Assembly (NCBI GenBank): GCA_016190445.1
Contig: JACPQL010000051.1
Span: 38,505-102,504, forward strand
Direction of reading: 5' to 3'
DNA length: 64,000 nucleotides
Origin: Chloroflexota bacterium
Lineage (GTDB): Bacteria; Chloroflexota; Dehalococcoidia; Lucifugimonadales; JACPQL01
Shown piece after piece: positions 1 to 11,900 of the stretch. The position numbers were made by a program, and so were the translations under genes. The notes beneath the pieces were generated by a model that saw only the letters and a program-made list of their open reading frames with translations, ran no database searches and was not told the origin of the DNA. Each line of letters starts with the position of its first letter. The first letter of the stretch is position 1.

Positions 1-44
1 GACCCCGCAGGGCCAGCGCCCACGACAATCAGATCGTAGTCCAT
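1..44 (-). CDS. 5' end of a FAD/NAD(P)-binding oxidoreductase (partial, runs off the window)
   Basis: The reverse strand reads ATG (44..42) then MDYDLIVVGAGPAG, a GxGxxG dinucleotide-binding N-terminus. A GAGGAAA purine run lies 9 nt upstream. Only 14 codons are visible. Confidence 0.4.
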   Translation of the reverse strand, partial: MDYDLIVVGAGPAG

Positions 45-132
45 CCCGTCTCGTTTCCTCTCTGTAATAGGATGGCAGCCACCGGGCGCGGCCACCGTAC
101 CCTACTTCGGCGGCCGCCACATTGCCCAAAGT

Positions 133-3100
133 TCACTCTTGCCCCGTTGGCCGCCGTACCAGACGCCGGTAGAGCAGATATGCCATTGCCGCCACGACAA
201 CTGTCACCAGGACGCCCGACAACGCCCACGCCCAGGCACCAAGCAAGCTCGACCTTGCCAGGACGGTGAAGGTCGCCGTCAGCTCTTCCACCGATACCTG
301 ATAGGTACCGGGCTGGTCGCGCACAATTGAAAAGGTCAGTGTCCGCCTCTCCCCTGCGTCCAGGGATACTCCTTGCACCGCCTCTGATACCCCGTTGACC
401 TCCAGAGTGACGGTGGTATCCCCTCTAGCATCGCCCCGGTTGCGCACCTCCAGCCGCGCCACCACCGGCTCGCCTGCCGGTGCCTCGCCTGGCTCCACGG
501 CTAGCCCGCCCAGAACAATGTCAGCGCGGGCCAGCGGCCTCACCAGGAACTCACCCCTCAGACCTTCAATCTCAACCACGTGACGGCCTGGACTCTCCGC
601 CTTTACACTAAAGCTCACTGGCACCGTGGCGAGCCCCGGCACCGAGAGCGGCCTCTCCTCCACAGGAAGCCCGTCCACGCTCAAGCGCACGGCGTACTCA
701 CCCTCAAGCTCACCCAGATTGGCCAGCAACACCCGCACTTGGACCAGGTCGCCCGGCCCTACCTCCCTGGGTGTCACATCCAGCCGGACCAGCTCAAAGG
801 TGGGCAGCGCCAGAGGGCGCGTCGCCAAAAACTGGGCTGTCCGCACCGACGCCACAGAGCCGCCCTGAGGAGTAACCACTAACTCCACGTTATGCAGGCC
901 AGGGGTGTCCACAGATATAGTCGCGGTGAAAGCGCGTAGCTCGCCTGGGTTTAGGGACACAGCACCCTCATCCCTCACAACGTCGTTGATTTTGAGCAAC
1001 ACCGTGCCATTCAACAGCCTTCCGGTCACGTTCTGGACCTCGGCCAGCACCGTCACGGGCGTGCCCCCGGGGGCGACCGCCGGCTCTACCATGAGCGACA
1101 TGACCACCAGGTCCGTTGGTGGCCTCAGCGCCACCTTGAACACATCCTTTAGCCCGTCCACCCTCACCGCGTAGCTTCGGGTATCCTGGCGCTGCACCTG
1201 AAAGGTCACCGGAATGAGGGTAAGCCCCTCCACACGCACCGTCCGCTCGGCCACAGTGGCCTCGTCAATCCACAGCCGCACCGTGTGCTCGCCCGGCTCT
1301 TCCCCCACGTTGGCCAACAGCACACGCACGGTCACAACCTCCTGCGGCCTGGCCAACGCTGGCCGCACCTCCAGCTCTCTCACCTCCAAGGCGGCAGGCC
1401 GGGGAGGGCGCGCCACCTCCAGCTCCCCGCGCAGGCCAGCCAGCCCCACCCTATAGGTGCCAGCGGCCCTGGGGACAAACCGGAACTCCACTCGCGTGGC
1501 GCTGGGGGCCTCAACGTATTGCCGGGACACCTGCATGGGCACACCATTCACCTCCAGCTCTAGCCACACCAGCCTGTCCGCCCCGCTGGCGTTAAGCACC
1601 AGGGCAGAGACAACCACCGGCTCACCCACCAGAGCGGTGAGTGGTGAGATGCGCAGCTCCTGGAAACCGGTCTGCCCTGGAGCCGCTGCGGGTGCCACGC
1701 GCAGGAACCTCTGCACGCCCTCCACCTCCAGGCGGTACAGGCCCGGACGCGGCGCCACGAAAGTGAACCGGGCCACCGCGCCGCCGTCTGCCCTGGCCTC
1801 CAGGGGTCGTGCGTCTGCCAACTCCCCGTCCACGCGCAGGAGCAGATTGACGGCAGGCCGGGTCCCAGAGTCTCCCAACCCCGCCTCGACACGCACCGGC
1901 TCCCCAGGCTCAGCCACCTGGGGCGAAAGGGTCACCTTAGACACGGCTATCTGAGGAAAGTCGGCCATGCTCACTATAGCCACAAACTCATCGCCGGGCA
2001 CGTTGGGCCCTGCCGCCTCCAGCAGAACGCGCCCCTGAGGGTCATCTCCCAGAGAGCGTAGCTCCATAGGGGCGGCGCCCTCCTTGCCAATACGCACGGC
2101 ACGCAGCTCCCCCAGGCCACCGCTGCGCTCCACCAGTTCGGGGGCCACCGCCAGCAGCGTGCGGGGTTGGGCCCCGGCAGGAAGGTTGCGATGGGCAGCA
2201 CGCACCGCCAGTGCTACGCTGGACACCGTCTTGCCCTGCTGTCGGGCCAGCACTTCAAGGGCGGCACTGGCCCAGCCCGGAAGGTCCACAGTGGGCGTGA
2301 GGTGCAGGAGGCCGTTGGTGGGAAAGCCACTCAGCTCCACCCCCAGGCCCACACCCACGCGCTCCTTGAACCCGTCCTCCCGGGACAAGACCGCATCCCG
2401 CATCTCCGCCTCCACCAATGCCGCATGGACCCTGACCGTGACCAAGCCCTCTCCAGTCACCTGGGCTCCCTGGGCCAAGACCCGGCCAACCACCTGGTAC
2501 AGCGGCCCGCGCAATGGAAGCTCCACCCGACCATCCTGGAAAGCCACTCCGGAGATAGGATCATGAAAGGAGGCCATGGCTTGACCCGGCTTCAACGCCA
2601 CAGGAAAGAGAAAGTCCAGCCCGCCCTGGGCCACAGTTGCTACCACGACGGCATCACCCACGATAGGCAGAGGTTGTCCCTCCGCATCCAAGGCCGACGC
2701 CATCGCGGTGCTGATGGGGACACGAGGTGGGAGGGGCAGGTCCACAACAGGGGCCGCCACCTGGAAATCACCTGTGAGCCCCTCCATGCTGACGGCGTGC
2801 GCCCCCACTTGCGTATCGCGCACGGGCAACACCATCTCTCTGCTCTCCCCAGGCTGGAGCACGCCCTCTATGCGCCTTTCCACCTGGCCATTCACCATGA
2901 GGGTGGTGCGAAAGCGGCCCACCGACATCCCCAGGTTCCGGGCCCTAACGGTGACCTCCACCGGCTGGCCAGGCACCACCGTCGAGGGGCGTACCACGAG
3001 GTCCGAGAAGACGATCTCGGAGGAGAACACCCGGAACACGTCCATCTGGCTGCCCACCTGGACAACGTAGCTATCGGGGATGGGCCTGACCACTCGGCCC

Positions 3101-3444
3101 GCTAGAATGCGGCCAGCCCCGCCAGGAAGCTCCCCGGTCCAGCGGTGCTCCACCACTCCATTTACCAGCAGCGGCACCGAGTACTCCCGGGCCGAAGAGC
3201 CGTAGTTGCGAAGAGTAGCCCGTACCTCGACAGGCTCTCCAGCGGGCACCTCATGGGGTGAGACAGAGACATCGGTGACGGCGATGACCTCGGCCTGGGC
3301 AGAGGATTCCAGAGGAGGGGCCAGCGAGGCAGCAAGTGCCTGGCCTGGCGACGACCCTGGCCCAAGTAGAGTGGCCCCCAGCAGAAGGGCGGCGCCCGCT
3401 ATCAGCCTGCGCCTGATGAAACACAGCCCCGGCTGCCACGTCAC
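133..3444 (-). CDS. Large surface protein made of repeated CARDB-like beta-sandwich domains with a C-terminal TM anchor
   Basis: ORF 133..3603. I place the start at GTG 3444, which forms a GTGA overlap with the stop of the upstream gene and directly precedes a signal peptide (RRRLIAGAALLLGATLLGPGSSPGQALA). About 100-aa units recur (V.V.A.L.N.G...G.Y.V.L.V.G). The C-terminus is hydrophobic, ending in LLYRRLVRRPTGQE. Confidence 0.8.
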   Translation of the reverse strand: MTWQPGLCFIRRRLIAGAALLLGATLLGPGSSPGQALAASLAPPLESSAQAEVIAVTDVSVSPHEVPAGEPVEVRATLRNYGSSAREYSVPLLVNGVVEHRWTGELPGGAGRILAGRVVRPIPDSYVVQVGSQMDVFRVFSSEIVFSDLVVRPSTVVPGQPVEVTVRARNLGMSVGRFRTTLMVNGQVERRIEGVLQPGESREMVLPVRDTQVGAHAVSMEGLTGDFQVAAPVVDLPLPPRVPISTAMASALDAEGQPLPIVGDAVVVATVAQGGLDFLFPVALKPGQAMASFHDPISGVAFQDGRVELPLRGPLYQVVGRVLAQGAQVTGEGLVTVRVHAALVEAEMRDAVLSREDGFKERVGVGLGVELSGFPTNGLLHLTPTVDLPGWASAALEVLARQQGKTVSSVALAVRAAHRNLPAGAQPRTLLAVAPELVERSGGLGELRAVRIGKEGAAPMELRSLGDDPQGRVLLEAAGPNVPGDEFVAIVSMADFPQIAVSKVTLSPQVAEPGEPVRVEAGLGDSGTRPAVNLLLRVDGELADARPLEARADGGAVARFTFVAPRPGLYRLEVEGVQRFLRVAPAAAPGQTGFQELRISPLTALVGEPVVVSALVLNASGADRLVWLELEVNGVPMQVSRQYVEAPSATRVEFRFVPRAAGTYRVGLAGLRGELEVARPPRPAALEVRELEVRPALARPQEVVTVRVLLANVGEEPGEHTVRLWIDEATVAERTVRVEGLTLIPVTFQVQRQDTRSYAVRVDGLKDVFKVALRPPTDLVVMSLMVEPAVAPGGTPVTVLAEVQNVTGRLLNGTVLLKINDVVRDEGAVSLNPGELRAFTATISVDTPGLHNVELVVTPQGGSVASVRTAQFLATRPLALPTFELVRLDVTPREVGPGDLVQVRVLLANLGELEGEYAVRLSVDGLPVEERPLSVPGLATVPVSFSVKAESPGRHVVEIEGLRGEFLVRPLARADIVLGGLAVEPGEAPAGEPVVARLEVRNRGDARGDTTVTLEVNGVSEAVQGVSLDAGERRTLTFSIVRDQPGTYQVSVEELTATFTVLARSSLLGAWAWALSGVLVTVVVAAMAYLLYRRLVRRPTGQE

Positions 3445-4139
3445 GCCAACAGCCCTTGCCCCACCGCCTCCCCCACTTCCCGCAGGTCCTTGGCGGTGTC
3501 CACTGCCCGCCAGAAGCCACCACACCTCAGGCCGAGCAGCCGATGCTGGGCAGCCAGAAGGGGAAACGTCTCGGTCTCGTGGTCCCCCACCTTCGGGAGC
3601 CACTCTGTGATCCCCCGGGAGAGGACATAGATGCCGCCGTTAATCCAGTACGGCAGGCGGGGCTTCTCCTCGAACCCACGAATGGTGCCCTCCTCCGACA
3701 CGTCCACGACGCCGAAGGAACTCCACAGAGGTGCCAGAAGCAGCGTGGCCATGGCTCCCGCCTTGGAGCGGTGAAGCTCCAGCATGGGTGCCAGAGGCTG
3801 GGTAGTCAGCACATCACCGTTGGTGGCGATCACCTCCTGCACGTCACCTGGAAGGGCCTCCAGGCCGCGCCTGATAGCGCCGCCTCGCCCCAGGGGAGTC
3901 TCCTCCACCAGGTAGTCCATCTTCAGTCCCACGCCAGCGCCGTCGCCGAAGTAGTCTGCGATTACCTCATGCAAGTACCCGCAAAGGAAGGTAACATGGC
4001 TTACACCGTTCAGTCGCAGCCAGTCCACATGGTAAGCCAGGATGGGCCTGCCACAGACCTCCACCATGGGCTTGGGCCTGCTATCGGTATGAGGGCGAAG
4101 ACGCTCGCCACGACCCCCAGCTAGTACCAGCGCGTGCAT
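3441..4139 (-). CDS. Sugar-1-phosphate nucleotidyltransferase (NTP_transferase family)
   Basis: The N-terminus MHALVLAGGRGERLRPHTDSRPKPMVEV matches the G-x-G-x-R-L-x-P...KP motif of glucose/mannose-1-phosphate nucleotidylyltransferases. Length is 232 aa. Confidence 0.85.
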   Translation of the reverse strand: MHALVLAGGRGERLRPHTDSRPKPMVEVCGRPILAYHVDWLRLNGVSHVTFLCGYLHEVIADYFGDGAGVGLKMDYLVEETPLGRGGAIRRGLEALPGDVQEVIATNGDVLTTQPLAPMLELHRSKAGAMATLLLAPLWSSFGVVDVSEEGTIRGFEEKPRLPYWINGGIYVLSRGITEWLPKVGDHETETFPLLAAQHRLLGLRCGGFWRAVDTAKDLREVGEAVGQGLLA

Positions 4140-5904
4140 CGAAAGACATTATAGTATCCGCCACACCCCTGGGCAACGAGACCGAAGCCCCGCTGCGGCG
4201 CACCTCGAAGAGCACCACCCGCTCCCACTTCGCCACCTCCTCAAACAGCTCCGGCTGGCCTCTTAGCTCGTCCAGGAAGGCCTGGGGGTGCTCCACTCGG
4301 TAGTAGTCAAACACCATCACATAGCGGCCCTCCAACTCGTCCAGCAACTGGTAGAGCCGCGGCCCGTCCGCCTCACCTGACCACATCATGTGGCGTATCT
4401 CCAGGACGGGCCGCCAGTTTCGGGCGCCCTCATCGTACCACCCGGCCACCACGGGGCGACCGGCGTAGTAGGGCACCAGAAAGTTGTCCCAGTGCCAGAA
4501 ACCAACTCCCAATACCCGGCCCTCAGTGCCGTTCTCCTCAAGCCACGAAAGTGCCTGGCGGACGGATGAGTCCACAACGTACGGCCGCATCAGCCGTTGA
4601 GAGGCCACCAGGGCATCCCGCAAGGGTATGACCATGAGCAGCGCCAGGGCCGCCAGAGCAAGGCCCACCAGCCACTCCCGGCGCCACCTCTGGCCCAGCG
4701 CCTGCTTCGCCTCCTCCCACACCCCCTGGAGCATGCCGACGCCCAGGATGATGAAAAAGGGTGCCGCGTACACGGGAAACCGCGCCACGTCCGTCCTATT
4801 AAACGGGGGAAGGCGGATCAGGGGATTCACCTGTTCACCCAGGCCCAGTGCCACCAGCACCAGGGCAGCCACCGCTGTGCCACTGAGACGCCCGGGGTGC
4901 ATCGCCGCCCACAACATGCCCCCGACCCCCAGGGCTAGGTGAACGATGCCCACGTATGAGGGATACGTGTACTTCCCTATGAAGCGCGGGTCAACCGGGG
5001 CCCGCACGAAAGCCTGAAGGGACACCGCCCAGAGCCCCGGCACCTCCCGCACGAAGTCCACCTGTGCCACCTGGCGCACAAAGAGGATCAGCCACCAGCC
5101 GCTCACCACGGCCGTGCCTGCGGCGAACAGCCCCGCCGCAAGCACCAGCTCCCGAGGGCGATATACCCTGGCCACCAGGTAGAAGGCCCCCCATGCCAGC
5201 AGGGCAACGCCCACCCCGAAGGAGGTCGTATGATGGGTCAGGACCACGAGCCCAAAGACAACCCCCGCCACCACCGTCAGCCGCCGGCTCCGGAGACGCA
5301 ACCCTCGCTCCAGAAGGGCCCAGGACACGATGGCAAAAGGCAGGGCAGCCACGGTGGTGTACCATCCCCAGAGCCCCACGCCCGTCATCACGGGGTAGGC
5401 CGCCACCGCCATGAGGCCAGCCAGGGTAGCCAGAAGCCTGGACACACCCATCTCCAGGGCCAGATAGTAGACGGCCAGGCCAAGACCGGCGTAGGCCGCC
5501 AGGAGGGCCGCGGTGTAGGCCCCAGCCAGGCTCACGCCAGGCAGCAGGGCCAGCACAGCCACCAGGGTGTAGCTGAGGGGTGGATAGGCAAAAAGGGGGG
5601 AGAAGCCGCCATACCAGTACGGGTCGGTCAGGCCGCGCTCCGCCCCGGTGAGCAACCGGTTGACGAACCAGCTCATGTGCAGGAAGGTGGGTGTGTCGTT
5701 CCCAGGCGCAAACCCTGGCCGTAGCAGCGGCCAGGCCAGGAACAGGGAGAGGCCCACCACCAGGGCCATGCCCAGGCCGTGGGGACGCAGCACCCCTCCG
5801 AGGGAGCGGAGCCAGGCAACAAACACAGCAGCGAAACGCATCGGGAGCAGTTTAGCTGGTGCCGGAAGCAGCGGCAAGGAAAAACGGCGAAGAGGTCCTG
5901 CCAC
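4081..5904 (-). CDS. Polytopic membrane protein, GT-C-fold glycosyltransferase-like (PMT/ArnT/YfhO type)
   Basis: 607 aa. There are about 11 hydrophobic helices in the first ~400 aa, then a soluble C-terminal domain of roughly 190 aa. GTG start lies 6 nt after the stop of the giant upstream gene. The 3' end overlaps the nucleotidyltransferase start by 59 nt. The family call rests on architecture only. Confidence 0.55.
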   Translation of the reverse strand: MAGPLRRFSLPLLPAPAKLLPMRFAAVFVAWLRSLGGVLRPHGLGMALVVGLSLFLAWPLLRPGFAPGNDTPTFLHMSWFVNRLLTGAERGLTDPYWYGGFSPLFAYPPLSYTLVAVLALLPGVSLAGAYTAALLAAYAGLGLAVYYLALEMGVSRLLATLAGLMAVAAYPVMTGVGLWGWYTTVAALPFAIVSWALLERGLRLRSRRLTVVAGVVFGLVVLTHHTTSFGVGVALLAWGAFYLVARVYRPRELVLAAGLFAAGTAVVSGWWLILFVRQVAQVDFVREVPGLWAVSLQAFVRAPVDPRFIGKYTYPSYVGIVHLALGVGGMLWAAMHPGRLSGTAVAALVLVALGLGEQVNPLIRLPPFNRTDVARFPVYAAPFFIILGVGMLQGVWEEAKQALGQRWRREWLVGLALAALALLMVIPLRDALVASQRLMRPYVVDSSVRQALSWLEENGTEGRVLGVGFWHWDNFLVPYYAGRPVVAGWYDEGARNWRPVLEIRHMMWSGEADGPRLYQLLDELEGRYVMVFDYYRVEHPQAFLDELRGQPELFEEVAKWERVVLFEVRRSGASVSLPRGVADTIMSFDARAGTSWGSWRASSPSYR

Positions 5905-5910
5905 CTGGTC

Positions 5911-8900
5911 TTAGGCGGCAGGGGCGCGCCGACGGCGGTACAGCAGGAAGCCGACAGCACCCGCTGCCAGCAGCACGACGACTATGGGTATGATGACCAG
6001 GAAGATGGGGAAGGGCTTCTCCGGCGCCACCACTACCTCGAAGGTGCCCCGCAGCCCGTCCACAGCCACGTTGTAGGTCCCGACCTGGTCCCGCGAGACC
6101 TGGAAGGACACCCTCTGGGACTGGCCCGCCGCCAGGGTCACCTCACGGCTCTCCACCACTGTCCCGTTGATCTCCAGCGTGACTGTGCGCGACCCGGCGG
6201 CGCCGCCCTTGTTGGTCACCTCCAGGCTTATAGAGACCAGCTCACCAGGCCGCACCTGGCGAGGCTCATAGGTCAGGCTCTCCACCACCAGCTCAGCCCT
6301 GGCAGGCGGCGCCCTCACCACAAACGTCTTGCTCAAGCTCTCCACCTGCACCACGTAGGCGCCAGGCTGGTCGCGCTTGACCTCGAACACCACAGGCGCC
6401 GAGGAGAGACCCTCAACCTCCACGCTCCGCGTCTCTGCCACATCCCCATTGACCAGCAGCCTCAAAGCGTAGGTGCCTTTAGTCTCTCCCTGGTTGGCGA
6501 GATTGAAGACCACCACCACCGTCTGGCCGGGGTCCACCTCCGATGGCCTGATGCTCAGATCAGAGACCACGAACTTGGCCGGAGATGGCGGCCGGACTAC
6601 GGAGAACCCACTCTTCAGGCCCAGCACCTCTACCTCATAGGCGCCCTCCTGCTGCCGCGTAACGTTGAACACGGCCCGGCGGGTGCCACGCGCCGGAATA
6701 GAGACAGAGGTCTCGTCCACCGGGACCCCGTTCACCCGCAGATCGAGGTCCACCTTGCCCGCCTGGTCGCCGGTGTTCGCCACCTGAATCGAGACCTCCA
6801 CCACCTGGCCAGGGGCCGCCTCCTGGGGTGAGACGCGCAGGTCGCTGGCCTGGACCAAGGCCGGGCTGAGGGGCCTGGCTACCTCAAAGGAGGACTGCTG
6901 GTCCTCCACGGTCACCCGGTAGACCGCCTCTCGCTGCCGCACCACAAAGAAGACCACCGCCACCTCCCTGCCCGCGCCCACCCCCACATTGCGGGCATCC
7001 TCCGCCACGCTGTCCACGGTCAGCAGCACCGTGAAGCCTGCTTCCACCTGGCTCTCGTTCTTCACCACCGCTTGAATCTGGACCTCCTGGCCTGGCTCAG
7101 CCACCTTGGGGACTACGCTCAACGCGGTTACTTTGAAGGTGGGTGCAGGCACTGCTGCGACCAGGGAGAAGATGGAGAACCCGTTGGGAGAGACGCCCAC
7201 GCACTCCACCTCTGCACCCACGACGGTACAGGTGGTGCTCAGCGCCTCCGGGTTACCTGCGTCGTCGCGGCGGGTCATCTGTATGGCGTCTATGCCGCCA
7301 TTCTGGTCCACCCACTGCCGACTCACCCGTATCCTCATCCGGACCTCGCCCACATCCACGCCGTTGTCCAGGTTCTCCCGCTCCACCACCAGGCCTGGGC
7401 CCACGGCCGCTACCGTGTTTCCCGCACCTCTGGCGATGAGTTCGAAGCCGGCGCGGGCGTCCTCCGGCAAGCGCCCGGTCGGATTGACCCGCAGGCGCGC
7501 GTTATTGGGCAGCCGCAGCAGATTCGCCTCCACGCCGAAGCTGACCCGCGCCAGGGCAGGGTCGGCGGCGGACATATCAACCGTCGCCTCCTCGGTACGG
7601 AGCGCCAGCCTCTTGACACGGGCCCGCCCCTTGTTCCCAGTGCCCACCACGCCCGCCTCGGTCTCGGCGATGAGCCGCATGGTGATGCGGCCCTGCTCAT
7701 CGCGTATCGGTATCTCCACCTGGTTGCCGTCAACCTTCACGCCTGTGGTAGGGTCTGTGAAGCTTCCAAGCTTCTCGCCCGCGGGCAGATCCAGGGGGAA
7801 GTCTATGTCTACCTTCCCATCGGGCGTCTCCTCCATCTCCACCGAGTCCCCGTTCAGGGCGACCGCGTTGCCCTGGGCGTCCAGGGCCCTGGCCGCCGCC
7901 CGGTCAATGCTGGCCGACGTGGGCAACGCCTGGTCCACCAGCGGGGCCAGCACGGTGAAGGAACTCCTTAGCCCGTCCACCTCCACCGCGTACGTGCCCG
8001 GCTCGTCTCTCTTGACCATGAAACGCAGTAGCCGCGTTTGCCCAGGCAGCAGGCGGCCTGTGCTCGCCGCATCCACAACGCCCCCTACCGCCACGCGGAC
8101 CTCGAACGGGCCGGGTGACCCGCCCACGTTGGCGACCCGAACGGTGACCTCCACGGGCTCACGAGGCGCCACAGTGCGCGGCGAGACCTGGAGATCGGAC
8201 AGCCTCATCAGAGGGGGCAACACCGCGAAGCTCACCGACTGGTCGCCGATCTGCACCACATAGGGACCGGGCTCCACGCGGGAGACGGTGAACCGGAGCA
8301 CCCGGGATGCGCCCGCTTGGATGCGGCCCTGCCTGGAGCCCTCCGCCGCTCCGTTCACAAAGAGCGTCAGGTCGTAATCAATGGCGGCGTTGCCGGTGTT
8401 GGTGACAGTCACCTCCACCTGCACGGGCGTGCCTGCGGCCACCTCGTTGACCGATACCGAGAGACCGCTGAGCGCCAGGCCCGCTGGCAGAGGCGTGGGC
8501 GTGGCTCCGGGCGCCGGCGTGGGTGTCGGGGTCGGCGTGGGCGTGGCCAGCGGCGGCGGAATCCGCGTCGGCGTGGGCGTGGGTGTAGGCCCAGGCGTCG
8601 GCGTGGCCGTCGGCGTGGGCGTGAAACCAGGTGGGAAGGGCGTGAGGGTGGGTGTGGGCGTTGGCACCGGCGCCACCGTGAACGAGCCCGACAGTGCTCC
8701 CACCGCCACGCTGTACGTCCCAAGCTCTGTTCGCGCAGTTGTCAAGGACAAGGTCTGGGACGCTCCAGGGGCCAGTGGGCCCACGTTGAGCGTCTGCTCC
8801 ACTGCCCCATTTATCAGCACGTTGACCGTGGTGTTGAGCAGCCCACCCCCCGTGTTGGACGCCACGAAGGAGATGGTCACCGACTGCCCAGGCAACACCG

Positions 8901-11900
8901 TGCCCGGGGAGACCGTCAGGCCCGAAAGGGTCAGCACGCCCACCGGAGTTGGCCCCGGGCCTGGGCCAGGGCCCGGCCCCGGCCCAGCCGCAGCCTGGAT
9001 ATCGAAGGCCAGGGAAGCCGTGACACTGCGGTTGGCCGCCTCGTCAACGGCGCGGACGGCGAAGGTGTGAGAGCCCACCGCTAGCGCCGTGGACACCGTG
9101 GTGCTGGTCACATCCCCAACGTTCACAAAGGCGCCGCCATCTACGCTGGTCTCATAGCTCACCACGTCGGTGGAGGCGGAGGCGTCCCAGGCGAAGCTGG
9201 GGGTAGTCACCGTGGCCGCCGACGTGCGGCGCAAGTTCGTGGGTGGCGCCGGCGGAGTGGCGTTCACGGTGAACGCCTTGGCCGCCGAGGCGCTGCGGTT
9301 GCCCGCCCTGTCCACCGCTCGCACAGCGAAGCTGTGGGCCGCATCCGACAGGGCCGTGGTCAGCGTGGTGCTCAGCACCAGTCCAATATCCTGGAAGGCT
9401 GCACCATCCACGCTGGTTTCATAGCTGACCACGTCGCTGGAAGTGGAGGCGTCCCAGGCAAAGCTGGGAGTGGCGTCGGTCGTCAACGACGTGTCCACCA
9501 CCAGGCTAGTGAGCCGCAAGTTAGTCGCCGGAGCGGGCGCCACCAGGTCCACAGTGAAAGCAAGAGAGGCATTCGGGCCCGTGGTGCTCTGGGTGTTGGT
9601 GGCACGAACCTGCACTGTGTGCGGCCCATCCGCCAGGGGGTCCCCCGCTGTCACACCAATGCGCGCCTGGAGCACGTTCCCTATGTTCTGGAACGCACCA
9701 CCATCTATGGCTATTTCGTAGAAGGCTATGGTCCCCGTCAGGCCGGTGGGCGGCTGCCAGACCACTAGCGGCGTGCTGGTGTTCACGAAAACGGCAGGCG
9801 GCTCCAGTCGAAGACCCTGCGGCGCGCCCGCCGGCGACGCTGCCAGTTGGAACACGAGCTCCGCCGGCACACTCCTGTTCCCGGCCTTGTCCACCGCCTC
9901 GACCTCCAGCTTGTATGTCCCATCGGCCAGAGGAGGTGTGGGCCCAAAGTTGAGCCCGGTCGTCTCGTCCGACAGCAGCTTGGTTTCACCGCTCCATATC
10001 TCCACGTGGTAGAAGGCGACCCCTATGTTGTCCACCGCCGCGTCCCACGCGAACGCAGGGGTGGAGGTGGTAGCTGGAGTAATCATCCGCAGGTTCGCGG
10101 GCGGCTGCGGTGGTGTCGTGTCCACAGTGAAGGTGAGGGAAGCCGCCGCGCCAATGGCCGCCAGGTTGTTGACTGCCAGCACCTGCACAGTGTGCAGTCC
10201 GTCCGCCAAGGGGCTCCCCACCGTCACCCCGATCCGCGCCTGGAGCACGTTCCCTATGTTCTGGAATGCCCCACCATCAATGGAGAACCCGTAGAAGGCA
10301 ACAGTCCCGGTAATCACTAGAGGTGGCTGCCAGACCACCAGCGGCGTGCTGGTGGTCACATAGACCGCAGGCGGCTCCAACCTCAGCCCCTGAGGCGCCT
10401 CCGGAGAGGCCACCGTGATGGTGAACACCAACTCGGCGATGGCACTCCGGTTCCCGGCCTTGTCCACCGCCACCACCTGCAACTTGTATGTCCCATCGGC
10501 CAACTGAGCCGTCGGCCCAAAGGTAAGCCCCGCGGTCTGTCCCGACAGGACCACCGTGGCACCGCTCAGCACCTCCACCAGGTAATGCGAGACCCCAATG
10601 TTGTCCACCGCTGCGTCCCACGCGAACGCCGGAGTGGAGATGGTGGCTGGGGTGGTCATCCGCAGGTTCGTGGGTGGGCCCGGCGGCGTTACGTCCACCG
10701 TGAAGATGAGGGAGGCAACCGGACCCGTGGTCCCCAGGTTGTTGGTCGCCCGGACCTGCACCGTGTGCTGCCCATCCGCCAAGGGACTCCCCACTGTCAC
10801 ACCGATGCGCGCCTGGAGCACGTTTCCTATGTTCTGGAACGCCCCACCGTCAATGGATATCTCGTAGAAGGCTATGGTACCGGCGAGGCCCGTGGGCGGC
10901 TGCCAGACTACCAGCGGCGTGCTTGCGGCCACAAACACGGCGGGCGGCTCCAACCGCAGCCCCAAGGGCATGTCGTCTGGCCCCAGGGCCAGCTCAAACG
11001 CCTGCTCCGCGGGCGTGCTCTGGTTCCCCGCCAGGTCTACCGTGACCACCCGCAGGGTGTGCATCCCGTCGGTAAGGGCCGAGGTAGGCCCAAAGGTGAG
11101 CCCTGCCGTCTGGCCTGACACCACCACCTGGCCCAGCGTGAGGACCTCCACCAGGTAGTAAGAGACACCCACGTTATCCGTGGCGGCGTCCCAGGCGAAG
11201 GCAGGTGTGGAAGTCGTGGCCGGGGTGGTCATCCGAAGATTCGTCGGCGGATTAGGCAGCGTGAGGTCTATGTTGAAGCCCAGGCTGATGGTGGTGCTGG
11301 TGTTGCCCACGTTGTCCTGCGCCAGCACATTGAAAGTATGGGGCCCTGCTGCCAGGTCAGCGGCGGGCGCGATGCCCGTGGCGACCACAAACTGGGGCGC
11401 CGCCGCGTCAACCCACCACTGATAGCCCGCGATGCCACTCCCCGGCGCCGGGTCGCTGGCAGCAGGCCATGAGAAGCTCGGACGCGGGTCGTTGGTCGGC
11501 GAGGAGGGGACCATAGTAACAGGCCCGGCAAGAACAGGCGCCACGGTGTCAATAGTGAAGGCAACGGCGGCGGCAGGTCCCGTGGTGCCCAACTTGTCAT
11601 AGGCACGCACGGAGAAGGTATGCGGGCCATCGGCAACCGCGGCAGCGGGCTGGAAGACGGTCGCGGTCCCTATGGACGTGAAAACGCCGCCACCGGCCAG
11701 GTCTATGGCCACCTCGTAGCCGCCGATGCCCCCGGGCGTGGAGGATGGCGCGGTCCATGTGAAGATAGGCCGGGCCTCTCTGCTCACCGCCGCTGGCGAC
11801 ACCGCCAAGTCCCGCGGCTCCGACGGCGCGGCGAATGCCTCTACCGACAGGTCCAGCCGGGTGGAGCCGCCTGGCGTAAAGGTGGCGGTCCCCCCCAGCA

